Shown here piece by piece: positions 57,712-64,000 of a DNA stretch of 64,000 nucleotides. A model generated the notes under the pieces. That model was not told where the DNA came from, ran no database searches, and was given only the letters and a program-made list of their open reading frames with translations. The stretch is from Nitrospirota bacterium (GTDB lineage: Bacteria > Nitrospirota > UBA9217): positions 288,001 through 352,000 of the forward strand of contig CAWCKW010000012.1 in NCBI GenBank assembly GCA_963796285.1. The letters run 5' to 3'. Position 1 is the first letter of the stretch, and each line of letters begins with the position of its first letter. A program made the translations under genes and the position numbers.

Positions 57712-58375
57712 ATGACTTTACAAAAGAAAAAAGTTTGGATAGATTTGGACAATTCGCCCCACATCCCTTTCTTTAAGCCGATCATTGCGCAGCTCGAACA
57801 ACGTGGATACAAGGTCATTTTGACAGCCCGTGATTGTTTTCAGACTTGTGAGCTTGCCGATCTGGCGGTTTTCGTTATCAGCGGATCGGGAGTCGTTACG
57901 GTAAAAACATGGTACGAAGCTGGCCGGCCTGATCATGCGCTTTTTGCAAATGGCGTCGTTCGTATGGAGGGAGAAACCGGACCTTGCTGTATCGCATGGA
58001 TAGAAGTCGCAACACTTTTTCTTTCCTGTAGAGACTGCCGGTTGTTACAATCTTGGACCATGAGCATGCGAAATTAATGCCTCTGGAAAATGTTGTGCGC
58101 ATCGTAGTTCCCGATGTTATTCCGACAGAGGCTGTCCGCATCGCATCGGAGCGAATACTTAAATATCCGGGCATCAAGGAGGATGCCTATGTCCCGGATT
58201 CCTCGCCCAACCCGACGCTGCTCAGTGAACTCGGCATCGAAAAAGACAGATCGTAATTACCATCCGGCCGCCTGCCACGGAGGCCCATTATCGTAGTGCT
58301 GAAAGTGACGTGCTCTTCGACAAGACGATCGAGTTCTTGGCGGAGAAAAAATATATTTGCCTGACCTCTCATTAT
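57712..58375 (+). pseudogene. DUF354 (GT-B fold) protein remnant
   Basis: WIDLDNSPHIPFF, YPGIKED, RPPATEAHY; in-frame TAG and deletions. Confidence 0.65.
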
Positions 58376-59417
58376 GAAAACCATGGAATTTAAAATTATA
58401 AATCCTCTTGAGTATCCGGGATGGGACAATCTTCTGCTGGCTTCTCGCGATTATTCCTTCTTCCATACCTCCTTTTGGGCCCGCGTTCTTCACGATTCAT
58501 ATACCTACCGTCCTTTCTATCTGACGCGCATACAGGACGGTAAACTGGACATTTTAGTGCCCATAATGGAAGTTAAAAGTTGTCTGACCGGAAATCGGGG
58601 TGTGTCCCTGCCGTTTACTGATTACTGCGAACCCATTATCCACGATACGAACACGTGGAAGGATGTTCTGAAATATTTAGAGGAGTATGGCAAGAACGCG
58701 AAATGGAACTATTTGGAACTTCGTGGAGGGGAAGCCCTGTTTGGACACGCGCCTTTTTCTGCGTCTTATTATCGTCACAGCCTAAAACTCTCCGCGGATA
58801 TTGATGCAATATATGCTCACGTGCAGAAGGGAAGAAAGAGTAATATAACGAAAGCGATACGAGAAGGAGTGACTATCACACAAAGCAACACAATCGACGC
58901 GGTCAAGACATTTTATCGGTTGCACTGCGTGACCAGAAAAAAACATGGAACGCCCCCACAACCGTTCAGCTTTTTTCAGAGGCTTTACGAACACATTATA
59001 AGCAGAGGTCATGGACAGGTTGTTCTTGCATTCTATAATGGGCAAACGATATCAGGCGCCGTCTTTCTGCATTTTGGCAATGAGGTCATCTATAAGTTCA
59101 GCGCATCAGATAGCGCATACCAGCATCTAAGGCCAAATGATCTTCTCATGTGGAATGCGATTCAGTGGTATTGCCGCAATGGCTGTAGCAGGCTCGACTT
59201 CGGTCGATCAGAACCTGAAAATGAAGGACTCAGGTATTTTAAAAAAGGATGGGGTGCGGAAGAGTATCCTGTTTTATATCACCGATACGACCTGAGAAAA
59301 GCAGCGTATGTCAGAGATTCACCGAGTTCACAGGGGTTCCATAACAAAATATTCGCCCGACTGCCAATTCCTATCTTAAAAATAGTCGGCTCTCTTTTAT
59401 ATAAACATATTGGTTAA
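58374..59417 (+). CDS. GNAT/FemAB-like protein of EPS loci
   Basis: SLPFTDYC, RPNDLLMW, LDFGRS, GLRYFKKGWG. Confidence 0.85.
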   Translation: MKTMEFKIINPLEYPGWDNLLLASRDYSFFHTSFWARVLHDSYTYRPFYLTRIQDGKLDILVPIMEVKSCLTGNRGVSLPFTDYCEPIIHDTNTWKDVLKYLEEYGKNAKWNYLELRGGEALFGHAPFSASYYRHSLKLSADIDAIYAHVQKGRKSNITKAIREGVTITQSNTIDAVKTFYRLHCVTRKKHGTPPQPFSFFQRLYEHIISRGHGQVVLAFYNGQTISGAVFLHFGNEVIYKFSASDSAYQHLRPNDLLMWNAIQWYCRNGCSRLDFGRSEPENEGLRYFKKGWGAEEYPVLYHRYDLRKAAYVRDSPSSQGFHNKIFARLPIPILKIVGSLLYKHIG

Positions 59418-59420
59418 TAA

Positions 59421-60344
59421 ATGTTCAGAAATAAACTGTATTACTTTATCAAGCCATTAATCCCGCGCCGATTGCAAATCGCCATACGCTCGAATCTCGT
59501 TTTACGCCAGAAGATCGCCTGTAAGGATGTGTGGCCGATCGATGAAAAGGCCGGCGCGCCGCCAGCCGGATGGTTAGGCTGGCCTGAAAGGAAGAAGTTT
59601 GCCCTCGTGCTGACCCATGATGTGGACACTGCCCGGGGACAGGAACGCAGCGGCAAACTCATGCGTCTTGAGGAAGAGCTCGGTTTCCGCTCATCGTTTA
59701 ATTTTGTGCCGGAACGGTATCGTGTTTCCCCTGAATTGCGCCGCAAACTGATTGAGAGAAAGTTCGAGGTCGGTGTCCACGGTCTGTATCATGACGGCAA
59801 ATACTTTGATTCGCGCGAAGAGTTTCGGAGGCGCGCAATTAAAATCAATCGCTACATCAAGGAGTGGGACGCCGTCGGCTACCGCTCGCCGTCCATGCAG
59901 CACAACCTGGAATGGTTCCATGATCTTGAGATCACGTACGATGCATCAACGTTTGATACCGATCCCTTCGAGCCTCAACCGGATGGCATGGGCACGATCT
60001 TTCCCTTCTGGGTAGCCGAGCAAAAGGGTCAAAAAGGGTATGTGGAGCTTCCTTATACGCTTCCGCAGGATTTTACCTTGTTTATCCTTATGAAAGAAAA
60101 AAGTATCGATGTCTGGAAGAAAAAATTGGAATGGATTGTGGAAAAAGGAGGGATGGCGCTCATCAATGTTCATCCTGATTATATGAAATTTGATGGCTTG
60201 AAACCGAGCTTGGAAGAATATCCGGCAGAACGCTACCAGGAATTTCTTGCTTATATAATAAGCAAGTATCATGGCAAATATTGGCATGTATTGCCCAAAG
60301 ATATCGTGAAATATTGGTTGACGACAATGCTTGAAAAAGCTTGA
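59421..60344 (+). CDS. Polysaccharide deacetylase-like protein
   Basis: LTHDVD, GVHGLYHDG, GYRSP, ELPYTLPQD, VHPDY. Confidence 0.82.
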   Translation: MFRNKLYYFIKPLIPRRLQIAIRSNLVLRQKIACKDVWPIDEKAGAPPAGWLGWPERKKFALVLTHDVDTARGQERSGKLMRLEEELGFRSSFNFVPERYRVSPELRRKLIERKFEVGVHGLYHDGKYFDSREEFRRRAIKINRYIKEWDAVGYRSPSMQHNLEWFHDLEITYDASTFDTDPFEPQPDGMGTIFPFWVAEQKGQKGYVELPYTLPQDFTLFILMKEKSIDVWKKKLEWIVEKGGMALINVHPDYMKFDGLKPSLEEYPAERYQEFLAYIISKYHGKYWHVLPKDIVKYWLTTMLEKA

Positions 60345-60660
60345 ATCCAGGCGAGAAATTAAGATCCCAGAAAACGAAGCAAATTAATACCATGAGAACT
60401 TGTTTGGTTGCATACTTTTTTTATGAAACTGAATGAACCCCTTCATGGATGCTATTTTAACCGGATAGCAGTGGTAAGACTAATAAAATATCATATTTCT
60501 GGAGCGGATTTCGTATTCGGCTCAAAAGTCGAGTTTAAGCCAAGTGCAAAAAAAATCATATGTATGGGTAATAGTGCGATAAATTTGGATGAGGATAATG
60601 ACGGTCTTCTTGTTCCAGGATGTCTACCGACAAAAGAAGACATGTTCAAATATCTATAGA

Positions 60661-61859
60661 ATGAATCTTATGGTAATTTCAAAGGCAAAGCTCATACCTC
60701 GAAATAACTGGGATTATGCACTATCTGACTGTGTAAATGCATCCATTGCTTCGATACGAGGAAAAAAGAGCACTACCGATGGTCATATTGGGAAAATATT
60801 CGATAGAAAACCGATTATGACCACATCAGGCAGGACATCGCTGTATGCAATTTTAAAGTCTCTCAATATTCGCCCTGGGTCGTATGTGGGTGTTCCTCTT
60901 TTTTGCTGTGATGTTGTATTTGAAGCAATAAAGAAGGCGAATCTCGTGCCGCGATTCATTGATGTAAATATGGAGGACTATAATCTATCCGTTTCTGATC
61001 TGAAGAAAAAAATGGAATCGCTTTCTGCAGTTGTAGTTGTCCATATGTTCGGAAATCCTGCCGACATGGATGCAATTCGTACCGTATGTGGGAATATACC
61101 AATTATTGAAGACTGCGCCCATTCTTTATTTAGCAAATATAAAGGCGTATATACAGGTTTGCTGGGCACGGCCTCATTTTTTTCTTTCAGATCTGGTAAA
61201 TATATTTCCGCAGGTGAAGGAAGCGCAATACTTACTGCAGACAGCGTATTAGGCGATTCTATTGAAAGACTGGTCGATTCCTTTGACCGAAGTTCAATGC
61301 GCCAAGAAATTTTGCACTGTCTGGCCACACCATCAAATCGACCCTCTATCACAGACCGTGGTATGGAGTACTTGGATATCCCATCGGGACGCGCCTCGAT
61401 AAGACATTGAATTTAACAGCCAAGTCAGGATTTACAACGGGGAAAATCAGATTAGGAGACCTTCAAATACTGAGCGATAGAATGGATACATTTCCTGCAA
61501 AAATACAGAAACAGCGAGAAAACTCATTTTACTTGCTCGATAGAATACGGATGGCAGATATTTACCTTCCCAGAGAAAATAATGAATGTTTTAGTAATTA
61601 TTATCAGTTTGCAATCAGGTTCCAACAGCCTGAGAAACGCGATGCAATTTCCGATGCACTTTTTGCCCGTGGTATAGATACAGCGCGGTATCTTAGTAAT
61701 ATCGCAGACATCGCTAAACACCGTTATAAATACGACGACGATTGCGTAAACGCGGAGCTATGTGCTCGAAGTACCCTTATCATTCCGAATCACTATACAC
61801 TTACACACCCCGATCTCGAATTTATAGTGAACAGTCTCAATAGCATGGAGTCGTTCTGA
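60661..61859 (+). CDS. DegT-family PLP-dependent aminotransferase-like protein, frameshifted
   Basis: SGRTSL, VHMFG, IEDCAHS, FSFRSGK. Confidence 0.8.
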
Positions 61860-61861
61860 CG

Positions 61862-63034
61862 ATGAGAATGTGCGTAATAGCCTATACCTTTTATGATACG
61901 GACGACCGCGTCCGCCGTTATGCAGAGGCCCTTGTTGAACAAGGCCATGAAATTGACGCGATTGTCTTGCAGGACCAGAACCAGCCTTCAACGTCTGTCC
62001 TTAACGGTGTTAATATATACCGCATTCAGAAAAGAGCATTCAACGAAAAACATATCTCTAATTTTATAATCAGGATGATGTCTTTTTTCTTCAAGGGAAG
62101 TATCATCGTCTTGTTTAGGCATTTGCGGAAACCTTATAAGCTTTTTCATATACACAATGTCCCCGATTTTCTCGTTTTTATGAGTCTGATCCCCAAGCTT
62201 CTTGGGGCAAAAGTTATTCTGGACATCCATGACATCCTTCCTGAGTTATTCTGCCAGAAGTTTAATAAAAATATGAGTAGTTCCTTTGCTAAGACGCTTC
62301 TCTTTATTGAAAAAATATCAGTACTTTTCGCGGACCATGTTATTATCGCAAACGATCTTTGGAGACAGAAAATTATTAACAGGCAGAAACTTACGGCAAA
62401 TTCATGCACCACTTATATGAATTATCCGCAACTTGCCTACTTTAAGGGTGTCCAAAAAAAAAGCGATAACGGCAAACTGACTATTATCTATCCTGGCACT
62501 ATATCCCATATCCACGGTACCGACATATTGATTAGGGCCATACCGGCTATCAAAGCCAAATTCCCGGATATTGAAATAATGATCTATACACTTACAAACA
62601 ATCAGCGCTATTTTTATTATATTAAGCAGATAATAAAGGACCTTGGTGTGGAAGAGAACGTCCATTTCTTTGATACGGTCCCGGCAGAAGAACTGCACAA
62701 AATCTATTCAAGGGCTGATATAGGTGTAGTTCCAAAAAGGGCCGGGGTTTTCGCGTCCGGAGCTTTCAGCACCAAAATATTTGATTATATGGCTGCTGGT
62801 ATACCAATAGTTGCATCCAAGACTGAAATCGATGCATATTATTTTGATGATTCCATGATGGTCTTCTTTGAACCGGAAAATCACGAAGAGCTTGCCGCTC
62901 GAATCTTGGAATTGGCTGGAGATCATTCAAAGAGAGAAAGACTTGTACAAGCAGGATTAAAATATATTGCAATACATAATTGGGATGAAAAGAAAAAGGA
63001 TTATGTGACGCTGGTAAACGGGTTACTGCAGTAG
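61862..63034 (+). CDS. GT4 glycosyltransferase
   Basis: DDRVRRYAEAL, HNVPDFLVF, LDIHD, KIFDYMAAGIP. Confidence 0.9.
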   Translation: MRMCVIAYTFYDTDDRVRRYAEALVEQGHEIDAIVLQDQNQPSTSVLNGVNIYRIQKRAFNEKHISNFIIRMMSFFFKGSIIVLFRHLRKPYKLFHIHNVPDFLVFMSLIPKLLGAKVILDIHDILPELFCQKFNKNMSSSFAKTLLFIEKISVLFADHVIIANDLWRQKIINRQKLTANSCTTYMNYPQLAYFKGVQKKSDNGKLTIIYPGTISHIHGTDILIRAIPAIKAKFPDIEIMIYTLTNNQRYFYYIKQIIKDLGVEENVHFFDTVPAEELHKIYSRADIGVVPKRAGVFASGAFSTKIFDYMAAGIPIVASKTEIDAYYFDDSMMVFFEPENHEELAARILELAGDHSKRERLVQAGLKYIAIHNWDEKKKDYVTLVNGLLQ

Positions 63035-63229
63035 CCCATCGAGATACCTTCAATCTGACGTTTGTACACCTCTATGCTGTGATAACTGTTAGAATGCGCG
63101 TTTTCATGTTTGAAAATAGATGGAAGTATGCGAATCTGAGTCCCAAGATTAATATGGATTATCGTTGTTAACTGGAAATCGGCGCACTACTGCAGAAATG
63201 TCTCGAATCCATCTATCGAGACATCAGCA

Positions 63230-63650
63230 CAGTAGCCAAGGACTTTAAGGAGTTCATCCAACTGTCCGGCATGACGCACGTTCGGACATCGCCCTTCTAC
63301 CCGCAGTCGAACGGCAAACTGGAGCGATTCCACAAAACGCTCAAAGGAGAATGCATCCGTCCGAAGACGCCGCTTTCAATTGACGACGCCCGGTGGTTTG
63401 TGGTAGAGGACATCGAACATTACAATACCGTCCGGCTTCACAGCGAGACCGGCTATATCACGCCGGCGGACAAACTGAACGGCAGGGGCCAAGAGATTTT
63501 CAAAGAACGGGATCGAAAACTTGAGGCCGCCCGGGAACAGCGCCGCCTCAAGAGGCTGCAGGTAAATCAAAGAAGTGATAATCCCGGGCTATTCGGATAC
63601 CATACAACCCAACCGGCTCTATAGTCCATTTCAGACTGGGGCAAAACAGC
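63230..63650 (+). mobile_element. IS3/IS481-type transposase C-terminal fragment (integrase core)
   Basis: SPFYPQSNGKLERFHKTLK, YNTVRLHS..GYITP; N-terminus missing. Confidence 0.8.
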
Positions 63651-63921
63651 CACGCGTGAGGGGCCCTCTTCCTCTTCAAGACGAAAGAACACGGCAAACT
63701 ATACGGTTATCTCTATCGATCGACTATGAGCGGCGTGGCTTTTTTTCGAGTCATACTTATCGTTAGCCTCATGGCGCTGATACCAAGGAAGGCCTCGCGT
63801 GACGCGCTGAAAATATCTTTGGGCAAATGGTGTAATATATTTAGTTGGTTTCTTGTTTTTGAAGAGTGAGCGCACCGGTTAGTCCATGATCGTCCCCCCG
63901 CGTGATTGTAAGGAAAACGTT

Positions 63922-64000
63922 ATGTCTGAGAGCGAGTATGTGTTGATTACTGCCGCATATAACGAGGATGCGTATATTGGCGCAACTATCGAAGCCGTGT
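63922..64000 (+). CDS. GT2 glycosyltransferase (start only; runs off the window)
   Basis: MSESEYVLITAAYNEDAYIGATIEAV. Confidence 0.7.
   Translation, partial: MSESEYVLITAAYNEDAYIGATIEAV

Overview
Bacterial chromosomal window, almost all + strand. The gene set suggests an anaerobic Nitrospirota/Desulfobacterota-type organism, but this is inference only. Many single-base indels split otherwise intact genes, which looks like long-read consensus error, so gene ends below are reconstructed across frameshifts. Layout: (1) 1-21.1 kb, the distal part of an aryl-polyene/ladderane-type discrete FAS/PKS lipid cluster with an MMPL exporter, two KS/CLF pairs, two ACPs, a GT2-DUF2062 protein, an LpxL-like acyltransferase, a condensation-like acyltransferase, an adenylate ligase and four B12-binding radical SAM enzymes. 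(2) 21.5-24.6 kb, a rhomboid protease, a zinc-ribbon/REC/RomX-like fusion, tRNA-Pro(CGG), an RpoS-like sigma factor and tRNA-Arg(CCT). (3) 24.9-27.3 kb, a lipoprotein with 4 Ig-like repeats and 7 near-identical SBBP blades that vary at a few positions. (4) 29-35.3 kb, a minimal PEP-CTERM micro-protein, a c-di-GMP partner-switching operon (GGDEF, ATPase-RsbW fusion, STAS, HD-GYP) and a convergent 39-aa Arg-Arg-repeat peptide that the ORF track misses. (5) 36.1-64 kb, a PEP-CTERM-type exopolysaccharide locus with UpxY, a priming transferase carrying a degenerate GGDEF domain, a BKACE enzyme, a VWA lipoprotein, several decayed paralog remnants and an IS fragment. A GxxExxY gene in this locus is flanked by periodic inverted arms, and gene-less versions of such arms occur in many other intergenic gaps.
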